The notes under the pieces: model-generated
Told to the model about the DNA's origin: nothing
Seen by the model: only the letters and a program-made list of their open reading frames with translations
The model's database searches: none
Part shown: one piece after another, positions 1-12,779 of the stretch
How the letters are laid out: each line of letters opens with the position of its first letter
How positions within the stretch are numbered: position 1 is the stretch's first letter
Assembly (NCBI RefSeq): GCF_006345805.1
Contig: NC_043003.1
Location: 57,722,001 to 57,786,000, forward strand
Length of the DNA: 64,000 nt
From: Octopus sinensis
Lineage: Eukaryota
Direction of reading: 5' to 3'
Program-made: the position numbers and the translations under genes

Positions 1-712
1 GTATGTGTGAGTGGCACATCACATATATTTCTGTATACATACGATGGGTTCGTGTATTATTTGTTCACGAGTACACACGAACAATATATACCCGCATGTA
101 ATTACATCATACATACATACATACATACATGCACGTATATATATATATGAGATATAGTGGAGAGACGCGTGCATGTTTATGTATACATTCACACACACAC
201 ATATATATGTGTGTGTATGTATGTATGTATTTATATGTATGTATATAACTTTGTTTTCTCTTATAATCAAATCTTTTAATTGTAGTTTTTTACCTTTTTA
301 TTTTTCAAAAGAAAAAAAAAAGACAGAAAGAAAGAAAGAATCAATTTGTTGTTGAATTAAGTAGATCGAACAACTACAACCACATTTTCCTTTCACCAGC
401 AACAACAACAACAACAGTGATAATAATAATGATAATAATAAATCAAAAAGAGAAAAAAAAATTTACGTTGGAGTAAAATTAAAATTCTGTGTGACGGTTT
501 TTTTTCTTTTAGAGAATAACTAATTGTATCTGAAGTGATCTTTTTGTATAGTTAATATAACTTTGCTGATGTTGTTTTGCTTGGTTATGTTATCGTTAAA
601 AATAATTGTTGTTATTATTTAGCAGAATCGTTAGTGTTAAGATAAAAATGCCCTGCGGTGTTTTTGTTTGTAGCTCTTTACGTTCTGCGTTCAGATCCTG
701 CCAAAGTCAGTT

Positions 713-764
713 TTGATGACGACGACGGCAATGATGATGACGATGACGATGACGACGATGACGA

Positions 765-797
<33 letters not shown>

Positions 798-840
798 TGA
801 TGATGATGATGATGATGATGATGAGGAGGAAGAGGAGGAG
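713..840. repeat. (GAC/GAT/GAG)n trinucleotide array
   Basis: Direct inspection. It produces the poly-D/E pseudo-ORF. Confidence 0.95.
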
Positions 841-946
841 GACCATTATTTTGACATTTGAGCTCGATAAAAATCATCAAAACTTTTTAAGAGAATCGTT
901 GCTAGAGAGCGTCGGATAAAAAAGACTTTGCAGTGGTTGTGCGAAG

Positions 947-1250
947 AAGGTGCGTAAATCTAGTGGTTGTTAAGATATGGCAACTCCCGATCGCAAGGTC
1001 GTGGTTTCGATTCCCAGACCTAAGAGTGGTGCTTAAGTTTTCTTGAGCAAAAACACTTAAATTTCATTTTAAATTCTTTCAGTCCCACTCAACTGTAAAT
1101 GAGTTAACCCTGCGAGGGACTGGCGTCGCATCCCGTTCAAGGGGAGTGTTGTGATCTTGGTCACTTGTGCATTATGTAAACTGTGCAACCGACCCAATGA
1201 GTCCTAGGACCTGGGACAGTAATGTCCAAGAGTTGATGATGATGATGATG
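947..1250 (+). mobile_element. tRNA-derived SINE with Meta-like and V-like central domains and (GAT)n tail
   Basis: A box TAGTGGTT, B box GGTTTCGATTCC, TTCTTGAGCAAAAACACTT, AACCCTGCGAGGGACTGGCGTC and a (GAT)n tail. Domain names are recalled, not searched. Confidence 0.7.
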
Positions 1251-1439
1251 TATTTGTTGTGGCTCTTTACATTTGAAGTTCAAATCCCACCAAGGTCGGT
1301 GTTTAAGAAGATGAGGAGAAGAACACTCCATTGTATTGACCATTGGGCTTGATAAAACAAAGTTCCCATCTTGGAGTTATTTGGTTACAGCTCATTGCAT
1401 TTTGCCTTTCATCCCTCTGGGGGCCATAGAATATAAAAG

Positions 1440-1590
1440 TATCCAGCACCCATGCCAATGGAGTATAAAAAGCACCACTCTTGGAGTGGCTGGCATTAGG
1501 AAGGGCATCAGCCATAGAAACCAAGCCAAAATTAGATGGGGGCCTGGTGCAGCTCTCTGGCTTACCAGCTTCTGTCAAACCATCTGACCG
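1440..1590 (+). mobile_element. Family B retroposon fragment ((GAT)n-tailed family)
   Basis: GGCATTAGGAAGGGCATC..TAGAAAC..GCCTGGTGCAGC is shared with other copies in the window. Confidence 0.7.
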
Positions 1591-1815
1591 CTTCCTTCCT
1601 TAGAGTTATTCTGTTTCAGCCCTTTGTGTTCTGCCTTTCAATCTTCTAGGGCCCCTAAAACAAATTCTTAGTCAAGTACTAGCTAAGGTTGATATAAAAT
1701 CTACTACTTCACTATTTTAAAAGTATGCTGACCTTATGTCCATAATCAGAAATGGTCTCTAAATTTTTGTTCAACAGAATCGTTAGAGAGATGCAGAAAA
1801 TGCCTTCTGGTATCA

Positions 1816-1985
1816 GTGCAGGTGTGGCTGTGTGGTAAGAAATTTGCTTCCTAACCACATGGTTCTGAGTTCAGTCCCACTGCATGAGACCTTGGGCAAA
1901 ATGTCTTCTACTATAGCCTTGGGCCGACCAAAGTCTTGTGAGTGGATAGAGGAGACAGAAATTGACAGAAGCCCATCGCACACAC
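1816..1985 (+). mobile_element. SINE family A, 5' half
   Basis: GTGGCTGTGTGGTAAG..GTTCAGTCCCACTGC..CCTTGGGCAA..GTCTTCTACTATAGCC. Confidence 0.85.
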
Positions 1986-2384
1986 ACACGCATGTGTGTA
2001 TACATACATGCATACATAAAACTAGATAACAGCTATATTATCACAATTACTATTTTTATACTATAAATATAAACATATATTTAAATCTATGAATTCATAA
2101 ACACATTTCTTGCTAACTGCACAGAAAAAGTCAAAATAAGACTCTTGGAACGTGAAGAAAAGTCTTATAAAGGATTTTTTTTTTCTAGTTTAAAATTTCT
2201 TCTATGTCAGAATGTTTCAGCAGTTCCTTGTTTTTGAATCTGTTGAAAGGAACTATTTTTGTTTCTTTAGTAACCAAATTCTTTTCTGCAATTAATATAA
2301 ACATATATATATATATATATGTCTTTCTGTGTGTATATCTGTGTATGTATGTATATGTGTGTGTATCTATATATATATATATGA

Positions 2385-2411
<27 letters not shown>

Positions 2412-2427
<16 letters not shown>

Positions 2428-5153
2428 TTTGTGTATGTGTGTGCATGCATATTTATATGTATTTGAGTATGTGCATGTATGTATGTGTTTAAGTGTTATC
2501 TGTATGTGTATGCATATATCTGGCCATATACATATGCGTGTATGTATATGTTTGTGGATATGTGTATGTGTGTGAATATGTATGTGTGTGTGTGTGTGTG
2601 TGTGTATGTGCATGTATGTGTGTGTATCCTTGTGTGTGTACATGCGTAGTGTATATCTGTATATACGTGTGTATGCTTTGTATATATATATCATCTACAT
2701 GTGTCTTTGTATATATGTGTGTGTATAAATTGTATATGTATTTTTAAGTGTTAGTATAATTGTTTATATATACATGTGTATGTATGTGCATATGTATGTA
2801 TATGATTCCACCCCCACCCCCACCCCACTAAATACATTTCAATGATGATGTAAACAGTATTAGCAAGAACAGCAGCAAAATGCAGTGAAATGCATTTGCT
2901 TAGATGTCAGTGCAGATTAAAATGTATTTTAGCGTTTTTCCAACATCATTTAATATCCAGTGTGTTAAACAACAATTTAGAAATGATGGGAGATGTTGGT
3001 ACAATGACATGATAGACTGATGGTGTGTGATGGTGGTGGTGGTGGTGTGGTGGTGGTGGTGGTGGTGGTGGTGGTGGTGGTGGTGGTGGTGGTGGTGGTG
3101 GCGGTGGTGGTGGTGTAGATGCTGTGTGTTATGTTGTGTGCGATGTGGCGGTGTTATGCTGGAGAGATAGGGTTGTTGTTACGGTGATGTGTGAGGGGGG
3201 GCGATGATGTTGATTGGGTTGGGTGCTGCAGGCGAGCTCTAGTTGGACAGAACAAAGAGCAAGTGTTCAAATTATAAACAACACATGTGCCTACATACAT
3301 ACATAGACAAACAAATGTGTGTGCGTGTGTGTGTAGATATACCTACATAAATACAAATATATATATATACACACACATACACACAAAGAGAAAGAGAGAG
3401 TGAGAGAGTACAGATAGAATTATGTCTAATGATGTAATGTAAATAGGTATATACAACTGGTGTAAGTGTGTATGTGTGTATTGCAAGTATGTACATATCA
3501 ACACTTAGACACACACACGTGTGTGTGTGTGTGCTTAGACTCTTGTATATTCTCCTTTTTATATACTCATACTTGAAATTGAATATTTATGCTTTAAACA
3601 TGTGTGTGTGTGTGTGGAGAGAGAGAGATTAAAGCAAACTGGTGTAGTAAGTATATACATGTACTTGTGTGTGTCATCGTCATTGCACATATATATATAT
3701 ATACACATACACACATGTATATATATATATATATACATACACACATATACTTATCCCTATGCATAAGTATGTATGTATGTGTGTGTGTGTATATATATAA
3801 TATATATATATATGTCTTTGTGTATGTGTGTGCATGCATATTTATATGTATTTGAGTATGTGCATGTATGTATGTGTTTAAGTGTTATCTGTATGTGTAT
3901 GCATATATCTGGCCATATACATATGCGTGTATGTATATGTTTGTGGATATGTGTATGTGTGTGAATATGTATGTGTGTGTGTGTATGTGCATGTATGTGT
4001 GTGTATCCTTGTGTGTGTACATGCGTAGTGTATATCTGTATATACGTGTGTATGCTTTGTATATATATATCATCTACATGTGTCTTTGTATATATGTGTG
4101 TGTATAAATTGTATATGTATTTTTAAGTGTTAGTATAATGTGTTTATATATACATGTGTATGTATGTGCATATGTATGTATATGATTCCACCCCCACCCC
4201 CACCCCACTAAATACATTTCAATGATGATGTAAACAGTATTAGCAAGAACAGCAGCAAAATGCAGTGAAATGCATTTGCTTAGATGTCAGTGCAGATTAA
4301 AATGTATTTTAGCGTTTTTCCAACATCATTTAATATCCAGTGTGTTAAACAACAATTTAGAAATGATGGGAGATGTTGGTACAATGACATGATAGACTGA
4401 TGGTGTGTGATGGTGGTGGTGGTGGTGGTGGTGGTGGTGGCGGTGGTGGTGGTGGTGGTGGTGGTGGTGGTGGTGGCGGTGGTGGTGGTGTAGATGCTGT
4501 GTGTTATGTTGTGTGCGATGTGGCGGTGTTATGCTGGAGAGATAGGGTTGTTGTTACGGTGATGTGTGAGGGGGGGGCGATGATGTTGATTGGGTTGGGT
4601 GCTGCAGGCGAGCTCTAGTTGGACAGAACAAAGAGCAAGTGTTCAAATTATAAACAACACATGTGCCTACATACATACATAGACAAACAAATGTGTGTGC
4701 GTGTGTGTGTAGATATACCTACATAAATACAAATTATATATATACACACACATACACACAAAGAGAAAGAGAGAGTGAGAGAGTACAGATAGAATTATGT
4801 CTAATGATTAATGTAAATAGGTATATACAACTGGTGTAAGTGTGTATGTGTGTATTGCAAGTATGTACATATCAACACTTAGACACACACACGTGTGTGT
4901 GTGTGTGCTTAGACTCTTGTATATTCTCCTTTTTATATACTCATACTTGAAATTGAATATTTATGCTTTAAACATGTGTGTGTGTGTGTGTGGAGAGAGA
5001 GATTAAAGCAAACTGGTGTAGTAAGTATATACATGTACTTGTGTGTGTCATCGTCATTGCACATATATATATATATACACATACACACATGTATATATAT
5101 ATATATATATACATACACACATATACTTATCCCTATGCATAAGTATGTATGTA

Positions 5154-5170
<17 letters not shown>
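2412..5170. repeat. Near-identical tandem duplication, 2 x ~1.38 kb
   Basis: Unique anchors recur at offsets of 1389 (GTCTTTGTG 2425/3814) to 1376 (CTTATCCC 3750/5126). The junction lies in a (TA)n tract. Confidence 0.95.
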
Positions 5171-5225
<55 letters not shown>

Positions 5226-6070
5226 GGTATGTGTGTTTATTCTTTCTGCATTGTTTTCAGGTTCATTCTTTCTCACACATTTGAGAAAGTGGTGGTGTTA
5301 TATTTCTTTCTTGAAATATTTTTCTCTGCATGTATGTATATTCATGTGTGTATGTGTATGTGAATATGTGTAAATATTTGCAGTTTAGTTTTACACTCAT
5401 TGAAGAAACTCATACACAGGGAGGGAACCAAATACTCCCTCTTGCACATACACACACACATATATGTATGTATGTTTGTTTGTTTGTTTGTATGTATGTG
5501 TGTGTATGTATAATGGTATGTATGTATGTATAATAATCACTCACATATACATACAAATATACAGAAATTATCTTTTTATGTGTATATAATTTCTCATTTG
5601 CAAATGTGAATATTTTTGCTCACATTTATATTATATATACTCACACCCATGTGAACCCTCATCTATTTATATAACTTAAGAAATGATTGCATTATGTATC
5701 TGTGTGTCACAAACTATATATATTTATTCAAAAATTATTATGCTTTTTTTCCAAAAATTGTATCTTTTTTGTATGTCGTTTTGGTTCTACTTTTTTTTCA
5801 TTTCTTAAAAATTTCTTAAACATTTTGTGAATGGTAATGCTGCTAACAACACACATCATTCATTCTCTGTGAAGCTTCTCTAGCAGAAAATTTCTGCATT
5901 ACTTAACTGCTTCTCAAACGTAAGTAGCATTGAAATGGGAACCAGTTAAATGTCTTGATTTAGCAAGTAAAAATGAAAATAAAACAAACCAAAAATAAAA
6001 AAAAACCAAAAAAATTAATGTCATTGCAACTCTTAACTGTTATAGGAATCTTAAAAGTTTTTCATCGAAT

Positions 6071-6453
6071 AGGCGCAGGAGCGGCTGTGTGGTAAGTAGC
6101 TTGTTTACCAACCACATGGTTCCGGGTTCAGTCCCACTGCGTGGCATCTTGGGCAAGTGTCTTCTGCTATAGCCCCGGGCCGACCAATGCCTTGTGAGTG
6201 GATTTGGTAGATGGAAACTGAAAGAAGCCCGTCATATATATGTATATATATGTATATGTGTGTGTGTGTGTGTATGTTTGTGTTTGTCCCCCTAGCATTG
6301 CTTGACAACCAATGCTGGTGTGTTTACGTCCCCATCACTTAGCGGTTTGGCAAAAGAGACTGATAGAATAAGTCCCGGGGTCGAGTTGCTTGATTAAAGG
6401 CGGTGCTCCAGCATGGCCACAGTCAAATGACTGAAACAAATAAAAGAATAAAA
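6071..6453 (+). mobile_element. SINE family A, full length (tRNA-like head, internal (TA)/(TG) microsatellite, CAGCATGGCC..GACTGAAAC tail)
   Basis: More than 15 related copies occur in the window. Pol III A/B-box-like head. Confidence 0.92.
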
Positions 6454-6617
6454 TATGGTGAATGCTGCAATGGTTCGCAGTCTCTCCATGGGAAAATATT
6501 ACCTTGCTTGAAAACAGGCAAAGGTTTATGACAGGAAGTGTATCAGCCCTATGGCCGGGGCAAAAAAGGCATCAGCCCATCTGTCCCATCCATGCAACTT
6601 CAAAATGTGGACATTGA

Positions 6618-6811
6618 CCCTTTAGTATTCCGATTACTTTATCAAATATCCTGTATGATCACATAACTTCGAGATTTCAATGACTTGGTAATATATTTTA
6701 GGAATGACATTGTAGGGTAGGTGTGAGAGGCCAGTTCAAGCCGATTTGAACATGAAACATAAAACAGATAGAATATTTGGGCCGGATATGGCTCGTTTAA
6801 ACTGTAAAGGG
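6618..6811 (+). mobile_element. piggyBac-like MITE
   Basis: Termini CCCTTTAG..TAAAGGG flanked by TTGA on both sides. The interior is related to copies at 30158 and 43112. Confidence 0.75.
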
Positions 6812-7095
6812 TTGATGATGACGCCGCCGACACTATTGCCAATGCCGATATATCCATAAAATAAAATATGGGAATGGTCAAGCCTGGAATAATAACTTTG
6901 AATACAAGTCTGCTATATCAGGGCTAATTTATGGTTAAGGAACCAAAAAATATATATTTATAAATAGATAAATAAAAACAAAAAAAAAAACTCCACCACT
7001 TACAAACCCAGAAGAGTGGGTTTTTTTTAGATGGCTTTTTCTTTGTTTTTTTTTTGTCTTGAAATAAAAAAAAAATCATTGAAATTTTCTTCCAG

Positions 7096-7274
7096 ACAGT
7101 CAGCAGTGGTCATGGTTGAAAGATGAGTCTTTTATTGATCTCCAGTCATGGTTGAATCACCAGAGCTTTATTGATCAGTATGGACCTGGTGGTGCTCAAC
7201 AACTACAACAACAACAACAACCAGATGCATTGGTTGAGCAAACTGTTAAACAAGAGATGGACACACTAGGTTGT
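7096..7274 (+). other. Candidate non-coding 5' UTR exon of ds
   Basis: Acceptor TTTTCTTCCAG| at 7085-7095 and donor TGT|GTAAGT at 7272-7280. The sequence is complex (non-repeat) and lies about 650 bp upstream of the coding exon. Confidence 0.35.
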
Positions 7275-7892
7275 GTAAGTGTTAATGGGAATCTGGTAGA
7301 ACAATAGAAATTAGAACTGTAAATGGGGGGGGGGATATGCTGGTTGGTTTCCATGGAGACAGTTGAGAAAGAAAGAAGCTGATGTGATAGAGATGATAAG
7401 ACAAAGAAATCAAAGTTTGTTGTTGTTGTTGTTGTTGTTGAGATACTGCTTTCCAAACTGACTAGTAAAGGACATAGCTTTATCTTCTGTCGGCTTTTGA
7501 ATCTACTTCGCCTACTCCTCTTCCTCCACCTCCTCCTTTCTCCACCCGTCAACACCACCAGTTATCTACAAAATAACTGTTGACTTATTATAGCTGCTGT
7601 TACTTTCATTGCTGCTGCTGCTGCTGATGATGTTGCTGATGCTGCTTATAATATTGTCGATGATGTTGATGCTGCTTATGACGCTGATGGTGATGCTGTT
7701 GTGGCAGCAGGAGTAGCTAAGAGTTATTACAATGAATTTTGCTGATGAATTTGTCATTTCTTATTATCACTTTAATGATATTGTTTTGATGTAATCAATT
7801 TAATATATTTATGTATTTTTTCCTTTTTTTTTAATTTTTATTTTATTTTTTAACCATATATCTTATATATAAGTTTTTCTTTATCATTCACT

Positions 7893-7935
7893 CTAATTTT
7901 TTTTTTTTGTCTTTTTCTTTTGTTCTTGCAGGCAG
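7893..7935 (+). promoter_or_regulatory. 3' splice site of the first coding exon (branch point, polypyrimidine tract, tandem AG acceptors)
   Basis: CTAAT at 7893-7897, about 30 nt of T/C tract, then TTGCAG|GCAG| with AGs at 7930-7931 and 7934-7935. This implies an upstream non-coding exon. Confidence 0.8.
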
Positions 7936-7958
7936 ATAGTCTTGGTTAAAACACTGTG

Positions 7959-9689
7959 ATGGAGAAAGCGTTGTTTGCCAAGTTGGCATTTCCTGTCTTT
8001 CTGCTGTTTTGCCTTATCTCGGCCGTTTTTGCAAATACCAATTCACAGACATTTAGAATTGAAGAGAATCTGCCTCCGAACAGTTTGGTTGGGAACTTCC
8101 CAACACAACCCCACCAGACAATCTGGTACGCTAACAACAAGCCTCTTATTCTGAGCAAATTCATTATTAATGTCACATTAGGTACAGTTAAGACTAAAGT
8201 TGAGCTTGATCGTGAGGAGCACAGCAGTTACGAATTAACTGTCCTCTATAAAACTACCCCCATCACGATAACCATCGAGATTATCGACGTGAATGACAAT
8301 GACCCCATATTTTTCCCCAACCTACTCTCCAGTCCTCTCTCGGAGACGACTTCCAACATGAAGATTCCTCTAGGGAGTGTGTCTGACAAGGATGTTGGTG
8401 AGAACACGATCAAGGGCTGCGAAATAGTCTCCGGTAACACGGATAACATCTTCCGGCTCATTACCAAGATGACAAACCAACGGTTAATCTTGGATTTAGC
8501 TGTTAATAGGAAGCTTGATTATGAAGTAACTCCTTTTTATAGTTTGAAGCTGAGGGCTTTTGACGGTGGCAAGAAACCGCGATCGTCATACCAGTTGTTC
8601 AACATTAGCGTCTTGGACAGTAATGACAACCACCCGGTATTTCCGATGAGTTTGTATAATGCCACAGTAATGGAAAACATTACCGTCGGTACAAGTATTC
8701 TGAGGGTTACTGCTACAGACTTGGATTCTGGGGAGAATGGAAAAATCCGTTTCTCTTTAAACCCGAAACCAGACCTTGAAGAACATTTTGTGATTAATCC
8801 GGTCACTGGTGTTATCAGCGTAAACAAACCCGTAGACTTTGAGAAACGTCGTGTCTATAATTTAATTGTCATCGCAACAGACAATGGCTCGGAACCGCTT
8901 ACTACTCAAGCAGCTGTCTCGATAACCATTCTGAATGTGAATGAACACCCACCTGATATTTATTTGACGTTTCTCACTGGAAATGAGACCGTCGGAAGGA
9001 TATCTGAAGGGGCCAAGCCCGGCGAATATGTAGCTCGCATTTCTGTTAGTGACCCCGATGCAGTTCGGAACACGGGTGACGAAACGAACATTCACATAAC
9101 GCTGCTGGGTGGAGAAGGTCGGTTTAATTTGACCACGAGGGATAACATAGTTTACTTGGTTCTTGTTCAAATGCCATTGGATCGGGAGCTGAAACCATTC
9201 TACAACCTGACCGTTATCGCTAAAGATAGTGGTTCGCCACCACTGGAAAGCAGAGTCTCATTTATACTTCGTGTCGATGATATTAATGATAATAAACCCA
9301 ATTTCACGGAGGCAATCTATTATGCTGAAGTGCAGGAGTCGGTACCAAAGGGCAGCCCTGTCATCAAAGTACATGCAGATGACAAAGACGAAGGGAACAA
9401 TTCCACAATAACCTACTCCATACTTCATACGCCCGAAACTAGTTCCAACTGGTTTCAAATTAACAGCCACAACGGTCTCATCACAACCAACGCCAAAGTG
9501 GACTGCGAAACTAACTCTCAACCCAGGATTACCGTGCAAGCTATTGACGGGGGCATACCCCCTATGTCTTCGACAGCATTGGTGATAGTTACCATTCGTG
9601 ACGTCAACGACAACCAACCCAGCTTCACTCATAGCTACTATAATGTCTCTATTCCTGAAAATACAACATTGGATACCTGCATTCTTACG
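7959..9689 (+). CDS. ds: Dachsous (Ds/DCHS-type atypical cadherin), first coding exon: signal peptide, EC1-EC5 and start of EC6 (577 codons; gene continues outside the window)
   Basis: ATG at 7959 is preceded by an in-frame TAA (7947-7949) and followed by a hydrophobic signal peptide (MEKALFAKLAFPVFLLFCLISAVFA). Cadherin motifs are present (LDRE/LDYE/VDFE, DxND linkers, AxDxG). Ds-specific segments match recalled Drosophila Ds: EYVARISVSDPD, GGEGRFNLTTRDNIVYLV, TPETSSNWFQI, VDCE, YYNVSIPEN..CIL. The exon ends at a phase-0 donor ACG|GTAAGT. Confidence 0.92.
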
Positions 9690-9695
9690 GTAAGT
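9687..9695 (+). promoter_or_regulatory. 5' splice donor ending the ds exon
   Basis: ACG|GTAAGT is a consensus donor. Cadherin similarity stops exactly here and the read-through frame stops at 9720-9722. Confidence 0.9.
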
Positions 9696-9862
9696 GGATT
9701 TCCTTATCTTCTCTCAGTGTGACAGTGAAACTGATAAAAAAGAGAGATGAGTAAAGATGTGATTCATGTAACAGAAGCAGCAAATGTTTGCTAATTATAA
9801 AGGTGATTATTACTTTGGTAATTTGGGAAGGAAGATAGTGAGCTGGCAGAATCATTAGCATT

Positions 9863-10357
9863 ATATATTAGCAACAGAAGCCATATTGATACCGAGAGCT
9901 AATATTTATTTCCACTTAAACATGGGTGTTCTGTTAGAACAAACTATACTGTGAGAGAAAGTCTCATATTGGTTTTTGGTGCAAAATGCTCTTTTTTATA
10001 TCACTAGCGAGGAGATAAATCCCTGCCACTTCTAGCGCTGAGACCACCAGATTGTTGGATCTCACCCTTTTTGGGTCTAGTTAATGATAGCTATTCAACC
10101 ACTAGAGATAGCAGTGATACATAGAATAACAGTATCAGAAAAGGCACTGGTGTTGTGATTAGTCAGTGAACTTGTTAAAAAATATATATTGGCAACAGAG
10201 GCAGTATTAGTACCAAAAGGTAATCATTATATCCAACTTAATATGAATGTCTTGTTAAAGCAAACAATACTGCTGTAGATGCCATGAGAGAAACTCTGGT
10301 ATTGGCTATTGGTGCAAAATGCACGCTTGTTTATATTGCGAGCAGGGAGATAATTCC
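9863..10357. repeat. Diverged ~170-bp direct repeat pair (9863-10023 and 10184-10357)
   Basis: Alignable by eye: ATATATT(A/G)GCAACAGA..TGAGAGAAA..TTGGTGCAAAATGC..GGAGATAA. Offset 321. Confidence 0.75.
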
Positions 10358-11630
10358 GATCAGAATTCATCCCAAAACAAACAGATACTTTTTTGGGTTG
10401 CTAAGAACTATTGTGTTTTTGTTTTTTGTTTTATTTTTTGATATCAAATGAATTTCTTTTAGATTATTTTCAACCTCAACTTCGCAAAGGTTACACCCTA
10501 AAATGTTGCTTTTCTCTTGAAACCCAGAATATAATTCAGTTTACATTGATTACCTAACTTTCATTTACAGGGATTAAGTGAGACTAACAAACAAATATTG
10601 CTCCTGTATCCGAGATGGTAACTGTTACTAACACACATACATTCAACACCACATTCACAAAACAAATAAGTAAAAGAAACAAACTCAGCATACAGTTGCT
10701 TGCCAATACACAGTCCGACCCCTGACTCATAGGTGTACTGTGTCCACTCTCTATCTTTCACACCACTACTACAGTAGCTTCTGCTCTTTATTACTTGGCT
10801 AATCACATGCAGTCTTCACTGAAACTTCCTTTGATGACTGTTTCTCCCTCTTCTCAACTATGGCCCATCTTTTATGCCTATCTCTAGTTGGATCCCTGCT
10901 TTTTCATCTCTACCTCAGTGTCCTACCTCCAGCCCATTTGAGGGCACCCTTTCTCCTGTTTTCCTTATGGGTTAATTTCGGTTTTTCTCCTGACAGTCAA
11001 ATGGGGGATCAACATTGCAGCTTTCTTTTGGGTTTTGTTCCACCATATTGTATTTCCCTGAAGAACGGCCTTCATCTCTTGGATCATGTTGGTTTTCAAT
11101 TGTCTTCACTGCTTGTGTAAGTAACTTGAATATCTTTCAAGTGAGTTGTTGTCCCTGTACAAACCGGCTTTTGCATCTTAGAAGAGGTGGTCCTTTGGTT
11201 TGTTTATATTCCTGTCACTTAGCAGTTCAGCAAAAGAGAATGATAGAATAAGTACCACATTTAAAAAGTACAGGAATCAATATGTCCAAGAAAGCCCTCC
11301 AAGGTAGTTCATGGCACCATTGCATGGCTGCAGTCCAATGATTGAAACCATTAAAAAATTAATAATATAAGACTTGTCAGAGAACTGAACTCATGAACTA
11401 GCTGCTCGTAGTCCAGTACCTTACTCAATCAACCATTTCATCCTTTTCACATTTTCCCAAATAACACCAATACTATGATATTCTGCAGACGGATGGAAGT
11501 TGGTATGGTGGTGAGGATGAGAAATCCACAGATCTCAGAGGATTTTTCTTAATTGGAAAACAGTGTAATAGATTCTTTCGTTTCTTACCAACAAACCCAA
11601 CCCACTCAACCCTATCACGTCCTCACCAGT

Positions 11631-11694
<64 letters not shown>

Positions 11695-12620
11695 TCCTCT
11701 CTCTCCCCGTTTTCTCCCCCCCCATCACTGTTTATAATTATTTCTTTTATTTATAAGTGTTCAGGTATAGAAGTTTCTTGATGGAAATTTGAAAATTAGC
11801 TGCTTTCTGTGTGTGTGTGTGGAGGGGAGGGCAGGGTTGCGTCCACACACACACACACATATATATATACATATATATGCAAACATACACACACATACAT
11901 GTGTATATACACATGCATATACACGTGTATTTATACATGTATAATATGTGCGTGTGTGTGTGTGTTTATATATGTATGAATGTACGTGTGTAGTATGTGT
12001 GTGTGGATATATATATATATATATATATCACTACATGTGTGTATATATGTGCATATAATTGTATATAGGTACGTGTTTGTGTATGTGCGTGTGTGTGTGT
12101 GTGTACATCTATACACACACACTCACACAAGACGTATATAGTTTCTATTCTGAGCACCTGTGCTTGGGAGTCTTGCTCGTATTTATAAAAATATATCAAC
12201 ATATGTGTGTGCATGAGTATGTAAATTGTATGTATAAAATTTTTTTGAGCTAGTTCAAAGCAGAACATACGTATACATACATACATATATGTATGTGCGT
12301 GTGTGTATGTTTGTATGTATATATGTGTGTGTGTGTAGGCATATATATGTGTGTATATACATATGTATGTGTATACATATGTATGTATATATATAATTTG
12401 TTTTGTTCTTTTTTTCCTTTTTTCCTCTCATTCTCTCGTCTTCCTCTTCCTGCCCCTCATCTTCCTCTTCCTCCTCCACTCATTTTGTCATCAACCGCAA
12501 CCTACTGCATCAATCAAATTTTCAGTTGTCTTTATTGGTCACTGCTAAAAGACTCTTAATATGTTGATCTACTACTGTACATTTCCGGCATTTAATGATT
12601 TGTTCTCATTATTATTATCA

Positions 12621-12661
<41 letters not shown>

Positions 12662-12744
12662 GTTGTTGTTGTTGTCCTCATCAACATGAGCACTATCACC
12701 ACCTCCATTGTTATTCAAAATTTTTATCATCATCATCATCATCA

Positions 12745-12779
<35 letters not shown>

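Noticed and set aside
947-1020. tRNA genes (here and at other SINE heads)
   Set aside because: Only A/B-box-like remnants attached to SINE bodies are present, with no complete cloverleaf.
2205-2275. AGTTCCTT/AAGGAACT stem followed by GAAAC on the minus strand as a hammerhead
   Set aside because: There is no recognisable CUGANGA-type core and no stem I.
7002-7030. Hairpin AAACCCA-GAAGAG-TGGGTTT plus T-run resembling an intrinsic terminator
   Set aside because: Bacterial terminator logic does not apply here, and short hairpins next to T tracts are expected by chance.
7956-7958. GTG start given by the ORF track
   Set aside because: This is a eukaryotic gene. The ATG at 7959 follows directly and begins the signal peptide.
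9690-9722. ORF read-through VSGFPYLLSV* as a true C-terminus or secreted Ds isoform
   Set aside because: It begins exactly at a consensus donor, has no cadherin similarity, and no canonical AATAAA lies close downstream.
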